NCBI GenBank assembly: GCA_958296135.2
Contig: CATQHZ020000001.1
Coordinates: 4,128,001-4,192,000, forward strand
Source: an uncultured Poribacteria bacterium
Lineage (GTDB): Bacteria; Poribacteria; WGA-4E; WGA-3G
Direction of reading: 5' to 3'
Length of the DNA stretch: 64,000 nucleotides
The position numbers and the translations under genes were made by a program. This document shows, piece after piece, positions 1 through 10,185 of this stretch. Each line of letters begins with the position of its first letter. Within the stretch, counting starts at the first letter, position 1. A model generated the notes under the pieces. The model was given only the letters and a program-made list of their open reading frames with translations, was not told the origin of the DNA and made no database searches.

Positions 1-1
1 A

Positions 2-289
2 CTGACAGAGCATATTTTGCTCCGGTTGAACAAACATGAACGACGCGCTGTCGGACTTACCTTTCTGAATTACTCGATCCTCGCGCAGCAGACAGAAATT
101 GGGCCCCGTAGTTTTCCACTGACGGGGTTTGCCAAATTGTCGGATGAACTGCAAGAAATGGTGCTGGAAGTCATGAAACTTCCACCCGTAAGCGAGTTGC
201 TGCTGCTTTCATCGTATACCCCTTCAATTTCGGATACGGTGCCGATTACGTTGTTGCAATTCGCTAATGCTGCAGCGTCTGCGAAATGA
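2..289 (+). CDS. 3' part of a hypothetical protein, possibly DUF2283-like (gene truncated by the window edge)
   Basis: Frame is open from position 2 ([25 protein letters not shown]...) to TGA at 287-289 and overlaps the convergent aapP stop. Family assignment is from recalled similarity only. Confidence 0.55.
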   Translation: MTEHILLRLNKHERRAVGLTFLNYSILAQQTEIGPRSFPLTGFAKLSDELQEMVLEVMKLPPVSELLLLSSYTPSISDTVPITLLQFANAAASAK

Positions 290-1028
290 AGAGTTTCGTG
301 CGCTCACTTTGAGGGTTGTCAAAGAAATCCGCAGGGGGCGCGTCCTCTATAATCACACCCTCATCGAAGAAGAGCACCCGGTCCGCAACCTCGCGGGCGA
401 AGCCCATCTCGTGCGTGACGACCAGCATCGTCATGCCGGAACGCGCGAGCTCTCGCATCACGTCTAGAACCTCGGAAATCATCTCCGGGTCGAGCGCGCT
501 CGTCGGTTCGTCGAAAAGCATGATCTTCGGCTCCATCGCCAAGGCACGCGCGATGGCGACGCGCTGCTGCTGCCCACCCGATATCTCCGCGGGGTATTTA
601 TACGCCTGGTCCTTGATATCCACCCGGTCTAGCAACGCGAGGGCCATCTCTTCTGCCTCACTTTTCGGAATTTTTCTGACGCGAATCGGCCCTAACGTAA
701 TGTTCTGGAGGTTCGTCAGGTGTGGGAATAGGTTGAACTGCTGGAACACCATGCCGACTTCGCGACGGATCAGGTCGATGTTACGAAGATCATTGCTGAG
801 CTCAATGCCATCAACGATGATGCGACCGCGGTGGTGCTCTTCCAATCGGTTAATCGTCCGGATGAAAGTGGATTTCCCTGAGCCAGACGGCCCACAGATT
901 ACCGCGCGTTCCCCTTTTCGGAACGAGGTAGTAATGCCTTTGAGGACATGAAAATCGTCAAACCATTTGTGGACATCCTCGCACACGATAATTGGGTCCG
1001 TGCTTTCGGTTCCATTTTGCGTTAACAC
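264..1028 (-). CDS. aapP: Polar amino acid ABC transporter ATP-binding subunit (AapP/BztD/GlnQ family)
   Basis: Walker A GPSGSGKS, signature ISGGQQQR, Walker [15 protein letters not shown]-loop VTHEMGF; last gene of a 4-gene operon. Confidence 0.93.
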   Translation of the reverse strand: MLTQNGTESTDPIIVCEDVHKWFDDFHVLKGITTSFRKGERAVICGPSGSGKSTFIRTINRLEEHHRGRIIVDGIELSNDLRNIDLIRREVGMVFQQFNLFPHLTNLQNITLGPIRVRKIPKSEAEEMALALLDRVDIKDQAYKYPAEISGGQQQRVAIARALAMEPKIMLFDEPTSALDPEMISEVLDVMRELARSGMTMLVVTHEMGFAREVADRVLFFDEGVIIEDAPPADFFDNPQSERTKLFISQTLQH

Positions 1029-1130
1029 GTGAGGTTCCCCCTTTTTTCTTCCTTCTTCCTAGCGGCGGCCCGCCCCAGGCCCTCGCCAGACGAGCCATTT
1101 TACCTGTCGGTTGCTGTCGGTTAACTGTCG

Positions 1131-2345
1131 CTAGTCAATGTTTACGCCAAGCGCGGCCTCGATCCGTCGGCTGATATAGGACATAGAATAACAGAATATG
1201 AAATAGATGACTGCTGCGAATATGTAGACTTCGGCTTGGAGACTCAACCATTTCCGATTTGTCAGAACGCCCTTCGCGATGCCCAAGAGATCTAGCAAGC
1301 CGATGATTGTCACAAGGGTGGTGTCCTTAAACAGCGCGATGAATTGCCCCACAATCGCCGGGATGACGGACTGGAGTGCTTGCGGTAAGACGATGAACCG
1401 CATGGTTTTCGGGTAATTGAGTCCGACGGCTTGCGCGGCTTCATACTGTCCTCTAGGGATAGCCTGCAGGCCACCGCGCACGTTCTCCGCCATGTAAGCC
1501 GCAGAGAAAAAGGTAATGCCGAGCATTGCCCTTAAGACTTTGTCTAACTCAACATCCGGCATGAAAATCGGAATCATGAGGTTCGCCATGAACAGGATTG
1601 TGATGAGTGGCACGCCGCGGATTGTCTCAATATAGACAGTGGATGCCCACTTGAGCGCGGGGAGCCTGCTGCGCCGGCCGATTGCCAAAAGCACGCCGAG
1701 TGGGAAGCAGAAAAGGATGCCAACAACCGCCAAAATGAGTGTCAGCAGCAGACCGCCCCAATTCGCCGTTGGAATCGCGTTCTCCCCGAACCCGTGAAGC
1801 GTTATCATCATCACCGGAAAGGATAACACCCATCCACCCAAGACCCAAGGACGCAATCGGTTATCGCTAACAGTGCCTTTCGGCACAGCCCATTTATAGC
1901 GGATGAGCGCGAAAGCCGCCGCCATGAGTGCTGCGCAGCCAAAATAGCCCGCGCGCGTGCTGAGTTCAAAGGGTAACACGGCGAAGAATAGCAAAACGCA
2001 TGCAATGCCGACAGAGAACCTGAACGTCAAGCCGCCCCAGATGCTGGCACTCACTCCTGCCAGCGCGCTCAAGAGATAGAGGATACTCCAAACGCGCCAT
2101 ATTTCCTCCCTTGGATAGGTGCCCACGGTAAACAGTTGCAGATTGGCAGGGATAACCTTCCAATTCGCCTCGGTGAATACCCATGTCAGAACGCCCTTGA
2201 GAACGAGGTATAAGAAGACGAGTGCCAAGCAGGTGAGAAGGGTGTTGAACCATGTGCTAAAAAGGTTCTCCTTCATCCAGGGAACTATCCCTTTGCTGGC
2301 TGGCGGTTTGAGTTCAATGTGTTGTGTTTGTTCTTCCATATTCAT
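1131..2345 (-). CDS. aapM: General L-amino acid ABC transporter permease (AapM/BztC-like)
   Basis: N-terminal WMKENLFSTWFN, IRGVPLIT, EAA loop GQYEAAQAVGL, multiple TM segments. Confidence 0.9.
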   Translation of the reverse strand: MNMEEQTQHIELKPPASKGIVPWMKENLFSTWFNTLLTCLALVFLYLVLKGVLTWVFTEANWKVIPANLQLFTVGTYPREEIWRVWSILYLLSALAGVSASIWGGLTFRFSVGIACVLLFFAVLPFELSTRAGYFGCAALMAAAFALIRYKWAVPKGTVSDNRLRPWVLGGWVLSFPVMMITLHGFGENAIPTANWGGLLLTLILAVVGILFCFPLGVLLAIGRRSRLPALKWASTVYIETIRGVPLITILFMANLMIPIFMPDVELDKVLRAMLGITFFSAAYMAENVRGGLQAIPRGQYEAAQAVGLNYPKTMRFIVLPQALQSVIPAIVGQFIALFKDTTLVTIIGLLDLLGIAKGVLTNRKWLSLQAEVYIFAAVIYFIFCYSMSYISRRIEAALGVNID

Positions 2346-2365
2346 CGCGTTCCTATCGGTTAAGT

Positions 2366-3598
2366 TTAACGCCCGGTGCGGTTAATGTGAAGCCGACGGT
2401 TATACCAATTCATCGCTGCCGATGTCGTCAAACTCATGATGAGGTAGCTCGCCATGATCATCGCGAAAACCGGGATGGATTGCCCAGTTTGGTTCATCAC
2501 CGTCTCGCCGATGTTGAACAGGTCAGGGAAGCCGACTGCAATCGCCAAGCTAGAGTTTTTCGCCAGATTCAGATACTGACTGGTGACCGGGGGGATAATG
2601 ATGGGTATCGCCTGAGGTAGCACGATGAGCCGCAGCGTCTGGACTTCGTTCAACCCAACTGATTTTGCGGCTTCGCGCTGCCCTTTTGCGACGGCTTGTA
2701 TCCCGGCTCTGACAATCTCTGCGATGAAAGCCGCGGTATAAACCACGAGCCCAATCAAAAGCGCGGCGAATTCAGAGGATAGGTTTATCCCACCTTGGAA
2801 ATTGAAACGTTGCAAAACCGGTAACTCCAACGTAAGCGGCCCGCCCGGTGTCAGAAACCATCCGAGAATGGCAACGGTGAGGAAGGCAGGGAGGGCCCAC
2901 TTCGCGCGGAAGCCGGGGCGTTCCTGCCGTTGCAATTGCCGCCACCGCACGATATAGAGGATGCCCGCTAAAATCAGACCGGCGAGCAAAAAGCCGAACC
3001 AGATCTTTATTCCCGGGGCCGGTTGCGGTGCGGGCAGATAGAGACCGCGCTGGTTAATGAACACGCCGCCGAAAAATTCCAAACTCTCCCGAACCCTCGG
3101 TAATTGCCGCAGGATGGCATACCAGAACAAAATCTGCAGTAGCAACGGGATGTTCCGAAAACATTCAACGTAGGTAGCCGCGATGTTGCGGATAAGCCAG
3201 TTCTGAGAGAGGCGAGTGATACCGACGAAAAGCCCCAGAATTGTCGCACAAGCAATCCCAATCAGGCTAACTTTTAAAGTGTTGACGACACCTACCCAGA
3301 AGGCTCTCAGATAGCTGTCAGATGGCGTATACGTTATGCCTTCAGAAATGCCAAATCCGGCTTCATTTTGGAGGAAGTTGTCTTCGTGCCAAAAAGCAAA
3401 ATCGAGCGTGACTCCAAGTTTTTGGAGCCCTCTGAGCATATTGGTGTAGAGCAGTGCGGCCAACAGCACGATACCTGTCAGAAAGAGCACCTGAAACAGC
3501 ACGCGGAGCACGCGAACATCCCGCCAGAAAGGGATTTTTTGCGTCCCTACGGTTTCCTGTCTCTTTCCTTCACTGTTCTCGTTTTTTGTTTCGTTCAT
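2366..3598 (-). CDS. aapQ: General L-amino acid ABC transporter permease (AapQ/BztB-like)
   Basis: AGFGISE, NTLKVS, FRNIPLLLQ, EAA loop GQREAAKSVGL, SQYLNLAKNSSLA. Confidence 0.9.
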   Translation of the reverse strand: MNETKNENSEGKRQETVGTQKIPFWRDVRVLRVLFQVLFLTGIVLLAALLYTNMLRGLQKLGVTLDFAFWHEDNFLQNEAGFGISEGITYTPSDSYLRAFWVGVVNTLKVSLIGIACATILGLFVGITRLSQNWLIRNIAATYVECFRNIPLLLQILFWYAILRQLPRVRESLEFFGGVFINQRGLYLPAPQPAPGIKIWFGFLLAGLILAGILYIVRWRQLQRQERPGFRAKWALPAFLTVAILGWFLTPGGPLTLELPVLQRFNFQGGINLSSEFAALLIGLVVYTAAFIAEIVRAGIQAVAKGQREAAKSVGLNEVQTLRLIVLPQAIPIIIPPVTSQYLNLAKNSSLAIAVGFPDLFNIGETVMNQTGQSIPVFAMIMASYLIMSLTTSAAMNWYNRRLHINRTGR

Positions 3599-3763
3599 CG
3601 TTTCCTGATAGAGGACTGACGCAGACGCTACCTAAACCGTCCGCAGTCCCGTAGGGCGGGAGCCAGGCCCCCGCTGTCCCTCGCCATCCACCCTATTGTA
3701 AGGGCGGATGTCTCGCTCCGCCCGTTACCCAGGAGAAGACAGCCGCCTAGGGCAAACATTGCA

Positions 3764-4789
3764 TTAACGGAACGGCATTGCGTAAAGCAAGCCGCCCTGC
3801 GTCCACGGCTTGTTGATACCGCGGGGGAGGCCAATAGGCGTGAGATTGCGTTCAAAGATTTCGCCGTAATTGCCGACAGCGGCGATGATTTGACGCGCCC
3901 AAGTTTTAGAAAGTCCCAGTTTCTCTCCTAAATTCCCACTCTCGCCCAAGAAGCGTTGAATCTCCGGCTTATCCGATTTGAAGGTAGCCACGTTGGCTTG
4001 CGTGATGCCGTGCTCCTCGGCGAAAAAGGTGGCGTAAATCACCCAACTGACGACATCGTTCCATTTGTTGTCACCGTGGATAGTCAACGGTCCTAACGGT
4101 TCCTTTGAGACGGTTGCGTCAAGGATAACATGGGCATCCGGATCCTTGAACGCTTGTCGCTGCGCAACGAGCTGAGACTTGTCACTCGTTACAACATCGC
4201 AGCGGCCTGCCAGGTAACTGCTGTAGACGGTATTCTGTTCTTCATAGACTAATGGGGTGAAGTCAATGCCTAACGCCCGCATCGTATCGGTAAGATTGAG
4301 TTCTGTGGTGCTACCGGACTGCACGCCGATGCTTGCACCCGCTAATTCTTCGATTTTTGTGATGCCGAGTGCTTTTGGGAGCATGAACCCTTGCCCATCG
4401 TAAAAGGTTGTTGGCGCGAAGTCTGCACTGACATCGGTGTCGCGAGTCAGCGTCCAAGTGGTGTTTCGGATTAAGACATCTATCTCCCCAGTCTGAAGCG
4501 CGACGAACCGGTCTGCCGCTTTTAGCGGGGTGAACCGCACTTTGTTTGCGTCGCCTAAGACCGCGGCGGCAATGGCACGTCCAAATTCGACATCAAAGCC
4601 GCGCCAAGTGCCGTCCTGCTCCGGGTAACTGAACCCGGGTAGCCCGGTGTTCACGCCGCAGACGAGCACGCCGCGCGCTTTGACTTTGTCTAGCACACTG
4701 CCTTCCGCGCTGGCAAGCAGCGGAAATACGAGTAATATCGCGAAGAACGCAGCGATAACGCGCACCCCACGAAACCAAAATTGATGCAT
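3764..4789 (-). CDS. aapJ: General L-amino acid ABC transporter substrate-binding protein (AapJ/BztA-like)
   Basis: Signal peptide, RNTTWTLTRD, FYDGQGF, SKEPLGP, VGNYGEIFERN, C-terminal GGLLYAMPFR. Start moved to ATG 4789, which has an AGGAG RBS. Confidence 0.92.
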   Translation of the reverse strand: MHQFWFRGVRVIAAFFAILLVFPLLASAEGSVLDKVKARGVLVCGVNTGLPGFSYPEQDGTWRGFDVEFGRAIAAAVLGDANKVRFTPLKAADRFVALQTGEIDVLIRNTTWTLTRDTDVSADFAPTTFYDGQGFMLPKALGITKIEELAGASIGVQSGSTTELNLTDTMRALGIDFTPLVYEEQNTVYSSYLAGRCDVVTSDKSQLVAQRQAFKDPDAHVILDATVSKEPLGPLTIHGDNKWNDVVSWVIYATFFAEEHGITQANVATFKSDKPEIQRFLGESGNLGEKLGLSKTWARQIIAAVGNYGEIFERNLTPIGLPRGINKPWTQGGLLYAMPFR

Positions 4790-4866
4790 GAAATTTTCTC
4801 CTATAAACAGTGCAGTCTGAATGAACTGCGGTTTGGAATTGTGTCTTGCATAGCGATAGGACAGAC

Positions 4867-4928
4867 GCGGCAACGTCCCCCGGCAAAAGACAGCATAACG
4901 GCCGCGGCAACGTCCCCCGGCAAAAGAC
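4867..4928. repeat. Two direct copies of GCGGCAACGTCCCCCGGCAAAAGAC upstream of aapJ
   Basis: Exact 25-nt duplication, preceded by a TAGGACAGACGC boundary motif at 4857. Confidence 0.85.
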
Positions 4929-5035
4929 GGTATGTGTCCATCCTAAGACATTTTTATCGTGTCAAGAATAATTATAGCATGTTTTGACATTTTTTGCCAA
5001 TTAAAAAGACGTTAGCACAAAACCTAGCGTGGGAT

Positions 5036-5064
5036 TTGACATTTAACGGCAAATAGAGTATCAT
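5036..5064 (+). promoter_or_regulatory. Sigma70-type promoter for the LamG gene
   Basis: TTGACA (5036-5041), 17-nt spacer, TATCAT (5059-5064). Confidence 0.7.
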
Positions 5065-5168
5065 AATAATAGACATAGTAGGACTGACGCAGAACAAACC
5101 CCGTAGGCGCGCGTTGTAAGCGGGCCTACCGAACAGGCGTTCGCGGAACAATACAGGAGGAACCCACT

Positions 5169-5924
5169 GTGACAAAATTGACATACTTTCTCATCGCACT
5201 CATCGTTGCGGGGCCAGCATACGCAGGCTTAGACGACAAATCCCTCGTCTTATACCTCTCCTTTGACGAAGGACAAGGCGGAGATGCCAAAGACGGTTCC
5301 GCCCATGGACACGATGGCGAACTCATCCAAAACCCGAAATGGGTGGATGGACAATTCGGCAAGGCACTTGAATTTGACGGGACAAAGAGCCAGCACGTCA
5401 TGGTGCCCATCAACGATACCTTGCAGCTAACCGAGCAGTTCTCCATCGCCTTCTGGGTAAAACGCGGCGATGCCCAAATTCGGGAATGGAACTATATGGT
5501 GACTGCCGGCACCCTCAAATGGGCATCTATCTTCAGAAACGGGGACCAGAAAACCTATTTCTGGAGCACATCGGGCGGCGCGTGGGCACAGAAAGCTGTC
5601 ACTAACGACATCCAACCCGATGACTGGGTGCATCTCGCCGTAACACATGACACGAAAGCCGAGGTCATCATTTACAACGATGGCAAAAAAGCGGGCGGCG
5701 GCGCGAAACCCCCGGTCGTCGATGAAATTGACGGCTCCGTCATGGTAGGCGCGCGGCACCCCGGCGAAGAGTTTTTCACCGGCATCATCGATGAGGTGTT
5801 TCTCTTCAACCGAATCATCACCGAAGCAGAAATTAACGAGATCAAAGATGGCGAATTTCTGCCGGTGGAACCCGCGGGAAAATTGGCTACCACCTGGGGC
5901 AGCGTGAAAGCATACCGCCAATAG
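5169..5924 (+). CDS. Secreted LamG-like jellyroll (concanavalin A-like) domain protein with Poribacteria-type C-terminal tail
   Basis: GTG start with AGGAGG RBS, signal peptide, LVLYLSFDEG..A.D.S.HG, WVDGQFGKALEFDG, WVHLAVT, FTGIIDEV, tail VEPAGKLATTWGSVK. Confidence 0.88.
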   Translation: MTKLTYFLIALIVAGPAYAGLDDKSLVLYLSFDEGQGGDAKDGSAHGHDGELIQNPKWVDGQFGKALEFDGTKSQHVMVPINDTLQLTEQFSIAFWVKRGDAQIREWNYMVTAGTLKWASIFRNGDQKTYFWSTSGGAWAQKAVTNDIQPDDWVHLAVTHDTKAEVIIYNDGKKAGGGAKPPVVDEIDGSVMVGARHPGEEFFTGIIDEVFLFNRIITEAEINEIKDGEFLPVEPAGKLATTWGSVKAYRQ

Positions 5925-5981
5925 GACAGGCGTTTTGCGGATGAGGCCCTGCGCTGTCCGCCTCCCGTAGGCTGGCCCTTT

Positions 5982-7082
5982 ATGCATTTATTTATGCGGT
6001 GCTACCTCGCGATACTCCTCATTTCTGGCGCGATGGGAAACCTCGCCACCGCTAACAGAGCCGATGTGCATTACCGAACCGCTTTAGCCTACCACGCACT
6101 GGAGGAATTCGACCGGGCGGTGGCAGCATACCAGAAAGCCATCGCTTGCGAACCGAATTCCTTCAATGTGCATCTTCACCTCGGCGTTGCGTATTCGGAG
6201 CTTAAGCAGTATCAAGCCGCGCTTGCCGCTTACCACAAAGCCGCCCAACTCTCATCTACCAACGCGCAGCCGCACTATAACATCGGTTTAGTCTATCTGA
6301 AGCAGGGAAAATTGCCTCTCGCACGGGAAGCCTTTGAAAAAGCCATCGCACTTGCCGCTGATTTCGAGGATGCCTACAACGGCCTCGGCGAAGTGCTTAT
6401 GAAACAAGGGGCATTGGCGGATGCTGCGCGTGTCTATACAAAAGCGACGCGGCTCAATCCAAACGGAATCGCCGCACTTGCCGGCCTAGGCAAAGTCTAC
6501 GCGAAGCAGAAACGCTTGCCACTCGCAATTGATACGTTTGAAAAGATTATCGCCATTCAAGCCGATAACACTGCGGCGCACTATCACCTCGCGCAGGCCC
6601 TGATGAAATCCGGAGAACAGGAGAAGGCAGCCGCAACGATGGAATTCTTCAAAGTGCTGCGCCAGACAGCCCTGCTCCTTGAGGAGGCACAAAAGTGGGT
6701 GAAAACGCGCCCGGCAGATGCGAAAGGCTATAACAACCTCGGCATCGTCTACCTCGCGCGCCGTCGCGCTGATAAGGCGATTCAAAACTATCAACGCGCC
6801 ATCGCATTAGCACCGACATTGGCGACGGCGCATTACAACCTGGGGCATGCTTACCATAAACAGGGCAAATTGCACCTCGCGATTGCGGCATATCAGCGAG
6901 CAATCTCTGCCGATGCGAACCTCGCGATCGCGCATAATAATCTGGCTGTCTGCTATATGGACAGGCAAGCGTTAGATAAAGCGCGGTTTCATGCCAAGAC
7001 CGCCGTGCGTCTCGCACCAGATGAATGGAATTATTGGGATACCCTCGCGCAAGTCCAAACGTTGCTCGGTTTAAACAAATGA
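5982..7082 (+). CDS. Tetratricopeptide repeat protein with signal peptide
   Basis: About nine 34-aa TPR motifs (e.g. AHYNLGHAYHKQGKLHLAIAAYQRAI); stop overlaps the next start (ATGA). Confidence 0.9.
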   Translation: MHLFMRCYLAILLISGAMGNLATANRADVHYRTALAYHALEEFDRAVAAYQKAIACEPNSFNVHLHLGVAYSELKQYQAALAAYHKAAQLSSTNAQPHYNIGLVYLKQGKLPLAREAFEKAIALAADFEDAYNGLGEVLMKQGALADAARVYTKATRLNPNGIAALAGLGKVYAKQKRLPLAIDTFEKIIAIQADNTAAHYHLAQALMKSGEQEKAAATMEFFKVLRQTALLLEEAQKWVKTRPADAKGYNNLGIVYLARRRADKAIQNYQRAIALAPTLATAHYNLGHAYHKQGKLHLAIAAYQRAISADANLAIAHNNLAVCYMDRQALDKARFHAKTAVRLAPDEWNYWDTLAQVQTLLGLNK

Positions 7083-8749
7083 AATGTATCTCTCATCTGC
7101 TACTCAGCCTCACCCTTTCCACCCTCGCCCATCCGCAACCCCAATTCGTCGATGCCACTGCCGAGGCTGGCATCACCTTCCGGCACGTCGATGGACGCAG
7201 CGGACAGAAATACCTCATTGAAACGCTCGGATCCGGCGCGCTCTTCTTTGATTACGATAACGATGGCAATCGCGACCTTTATATCGTCAACGCTAACACT
7301 ATCCCCGCTGCAACCGAAAACCGAAATACCCTCTACCGGAACAACGGCGACGGCACTTTCACCGACGTAACAGAAACTGCCGGTGTCGGAGACATCGGAT
7401 ACGGTGTCGGCTGTGCAGCTGCCGATATTGACAACGATGGCTACGCCGAACTTTACGTCACAAACTTCGGGGCTAATCGTCTTTATCATAACAACGGTGA
7501 CAGAACGTTTACCGACATCACCCACAAAGCAGGCGTTGGCGATGAACGCTGGGGAACGAGCTGCGCCTTTCTTGATTACGATTTAGACGGAGACGCAGAT
7601 CTCTACGTCGTCAACTATATGAAGTTTTCTGTTGCAGAAAACCGTTGGTGGGAGACGCGCGGCATCCGAACCTATTGTAGTCCGACAGATCAGATTGCCG
7701 GCAGCCACTTCGTCAGTGAACCCGATATCCTCTATCGCAATAACGGCGATGGCACCTTCACGGATGTCACGGCGGCTTCGGGGATATCGCATCGTGCCCT
7801 CGGCCTCGCCGTGGCAGTCGGCGATTACAATAACGACGGCACCCCAGACCTGCACATCGCCAACGATATGGAGGCAGACCTGCTATATCAAAACAACGGC
7901 GACGGCACGTTTACTGAAACCGCCGCCCTCACAGGTGTCGGCTACGACGAAAACGGGATGCCTGGCAGCGGCATGGGCAGCGCATTCGGTGATTACGATA
8001 ACGATGGATACCTCGATCTTGTCGTCAGCAACGCCTCCGCGCTTCCGGTTATCCTCTATCACAATGAGCAGAGTCAATTTTTCAGCGATGTCTCGTATGT
8101 ATCAGGGATCGGTGCCGTCACAGTCCCCTATTTCAAGTGGGCGGTGGAGTTTTTTGATTACAACAACGATGGATATCTGGACATTTTCGTCGCGAATGGG
8201 CATCTGCAAGAAAACATCGGGCTTTTTTCTGATGCCACGTATGCACAGGGAGATTTGCTTTTCCAAAATAACGGCATCGCGACCGGGAGGACGCGCCTAG
8301 CGGAAGAGGACAGGCCCCGCTTCACGGATGTCTCATCTATCGTCGGACTGACGCAGTTGCCTCCCAAAGTCGGGCGCGCCGCCGCTTGCGGCGACTACGA
8401 CAACGATGGCGACATTGACATCTTTCTCAACAACTCCAATCAACCTGCAACACTCCTCCGCAACGAGGGTGGCAACCGCAATCATTGGATAATAATTCAG
8501 ACGTTAGGCACTTCTATCGGCGCGCGAATTACTGTGAAGGCGGGAGACTTATCGCTAGTCAGAGAAGTTCGGAGCGGCGCGAGTTATCTCTCGCAAAGCG
8601 ATCTGCGCGTTCATTTCGGGCTCGGGGAGCATACCAATGTGGAGCTGCTTGAGATTCGTTGGCCGAGTGGGCACGTGGCCCAGTTTTTTAATTTGAAGGC
8701 AGACCAGGTTTTGCGGCTTGAGGAGGGAAACGCGGTGATGGCGCGATAA
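7079..8749 (+). CDS. CRTAC1-family protein (FG-GAP/VCBS repeats plus ASPIC/UnbV domain)
   Basis: Repeated DYDNDG.DL motifs, LYRNNGDGTFTDVT, C-terminal SGASYLSQSDLRVHFGLG and IRWPSG. Confidence 0.9.
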   Translation: MKCISHLLLSLTLSTLAHPQPQFVDATAEAGITFRHVDGRSGQKYLIETLGSGALFFDYDNDGNRDLYIVNANTIPAATENRNTLYRNNGDGTFTDVTETAGVGDIGYGVGCAAADIDNDGYAELYVTNFGANRLYHNNGDRTFTDITHKAGVGDERWGTSCAFLDYDLDGDADLYVVNYMKFSVAENRWWETRGIRTYCSPTDQIAGSHFVSEPDILYRNNGDGTFTDVTAASGISHRALGLAVAVGDYNNDGTPDLHIANDMEADLLYQNNGDGTFTETAALTGVGYDENGMPGSGMGSAFGDYDNDGYLDLVVSNASALPVILYHNEQSQFFSDVSYVSGIGAVTVPYFKWAVEFFDYNNDGYLDIFVANGHLQENIGLFSDATYAQGDLLFQNNGIATGRTRLAEEDRPRFTDVSSIVGLTQLPPKVGRAAACGDYDNDGDIDIFLNNSNQPATLLRNEGGNRNHWIIIQTLGTSIGARITVKAGDLSLVREVRSGASYLSQSDLRVHFGLGEHTNVELLEIRWPSGHVAQFFNLKADQVLRLEEGNAVMAR

Positions 8750-9086
8750 CCTCGCCATCGATTCACCTCCAAGGTCCCCCCGAAAAGACGAGTGCCGTAG
8801 GCGCGGTTTCCAACTGCGCCTACGGGTGATAAACTCAGGGCATTTGCGTCTATTCTGGCTTGATAGGTGTGTGGCACTGGCGATGAATTCGGTTTGTTGC
8901 CCGCGTTTTTTGTCCCCGGGGAGGGATTCAGTTTTCTTCGGCTGTAGTCTGCACTCGGCCATCGCAAATAGGGCAAGATCGATGGACTACCGTAGGCAGT
9001 CTTCAAGAGGCGTAACGGTGTTGATTTTCACGGTGGTTCCATCAAAAACGGAAAACTGAATCGTCTGGCTTTGTACCATTTTTCCC

Positions 9087-9115
9087 TTGATATCAAAACG
9101 TAGATAAGGTATCAT
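9087..9115 (+). promoter_or_regulatory. Sigma70-type promoter for the PhyH gene
   Basis: TTGATA, 17-nt spacer, TATCAT; AAGGAG RBS before ATG 9147. Confidence 0.55.
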
Positions 9116-9146
9116 AAAATAAAGTTCGATCCAAGGAGAACCTCCA

Positions 9147-9977
9147 ATGCCAATCACCGACGCGATGCCTGAATTAAATCGCAAACTGCAGTTTTTCCCC
9201 GTTGAAAACGAACAACCCGCGACGCTCACGCGCGCGCAGCTCCAGCACTTCAACGAGAACGGGTTCATCTGCCCACTTGATGTCTTCTCTGAAGCAGAAA
9301 TTGCTGAACACCGCGCCTATTTTGACACTCTCATGCAAAAGGCAGTCGCCGCCGGATGGAATAGTTACTCCATTAACGGCTGGCAGACACACTGCCCCGG
9401 CATCTATGATCTGGTTAACGAGGGCAGAATCCTCGATTACGTGCAGGATCTGCTCGGCGAAAACCTGGTCTGCTGGGCAACGCACTATTTTTGCAAACTG
9501 CCCGGCGAAAAACAGCAGGTAAGCTGGCATCAGGATGCCTCCTACTGGCCCCTCTCGCCGAGCAAGACTGTCACCGTCTGGCTCGCTATTGACGACGCTT
9601 CCGTTGAGAACGGCGCGATGACCGTTATTCCGAAATCGCACCGGCACGGACAAATCGCCTTTGAACGCAGCACCGCCGAAGAAAAGAATGTGCTCAGCCA
9701 GACCGTGGTCGATCCGACGCAATATGGCGATGCACCCGTGCCGTTTGAGATGAAAGCAGGGCAGATGTCATTGCACTCGGATTTGCTGCTCCACGGTTCT
9801 GAATCAAATACCTCCGACCGGCGACGGTGTGGGTTAACAATGCGGTTCGTCCCACCGGATGTCCGATCGGCGAATAGTTGGAACCAACGCGCCATCATCG
9901 CTAGAGGTAGCGACATGAGTGGACATTGGTGCCATGCGCCTCGGCCGACAGAAGATGCGATACCGGAACGGCAATAA
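9147..9977 (+). CDS. Phytanoyl-CoA dioxygenase (PhyH) family 2-oxoglutarate/Fe(II) oxygenase
   Basis: WHQDASYW (HxD), TVWLAIDDA..ENGAM..IP.SH, LLHGS, R.GLTMRF. Confidence 0.9.
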   Translation: MPITDAMPELNRKLQFFPVENEQPATLTRAQLQHFNENGFICPLDVFSEAEIAEHRAYFDTLMQKAVAAGWNSYSINGWQTHCPGIYDLVNEGRILDYVQDLLGENLVCWATHYFCKLPGEKQQVSWHQDASYWPLSPSKTVTVWLAIDDASVENGAMTVIPKSHRHGQIAFERSTAEEKNVLSQTVVDPTQYGDAPVPFEMKAGQMSLHSDLLLHGSESNTSDRRRCGLTMRFVPPDVRSANSWNQRAIIARGSDMSGHWCHAPRPTEDAIPERQ

Positions 9978-10185
9978 TCTCTAAGGGCTGGTAGACGCGC
10001 TTTTCAAGCGCGCCCATAAAGTAGGTGAAGATTCACCGGAGCTTGTCCTGAATGTCATACAAGGAATGGCTCTGAACTATTCCCAGACCAGAGCAGGGAG
10101 CAGGCGAGCCCGAACTACAGCGTTTAATTTGGTATAAATCGTTCTGTACCGAATAGGCAATAGGGGCAGGCAGGGTTTTTGGCGT

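Noticed and set aside
1850-1900. Repeat-derived insert in aapM (WAVPKGTVSDNRL)
   Set aside because: A small hairpin GTGCCTTTCGGCAC is present, but there is no GTAG tag or second copy in the window.
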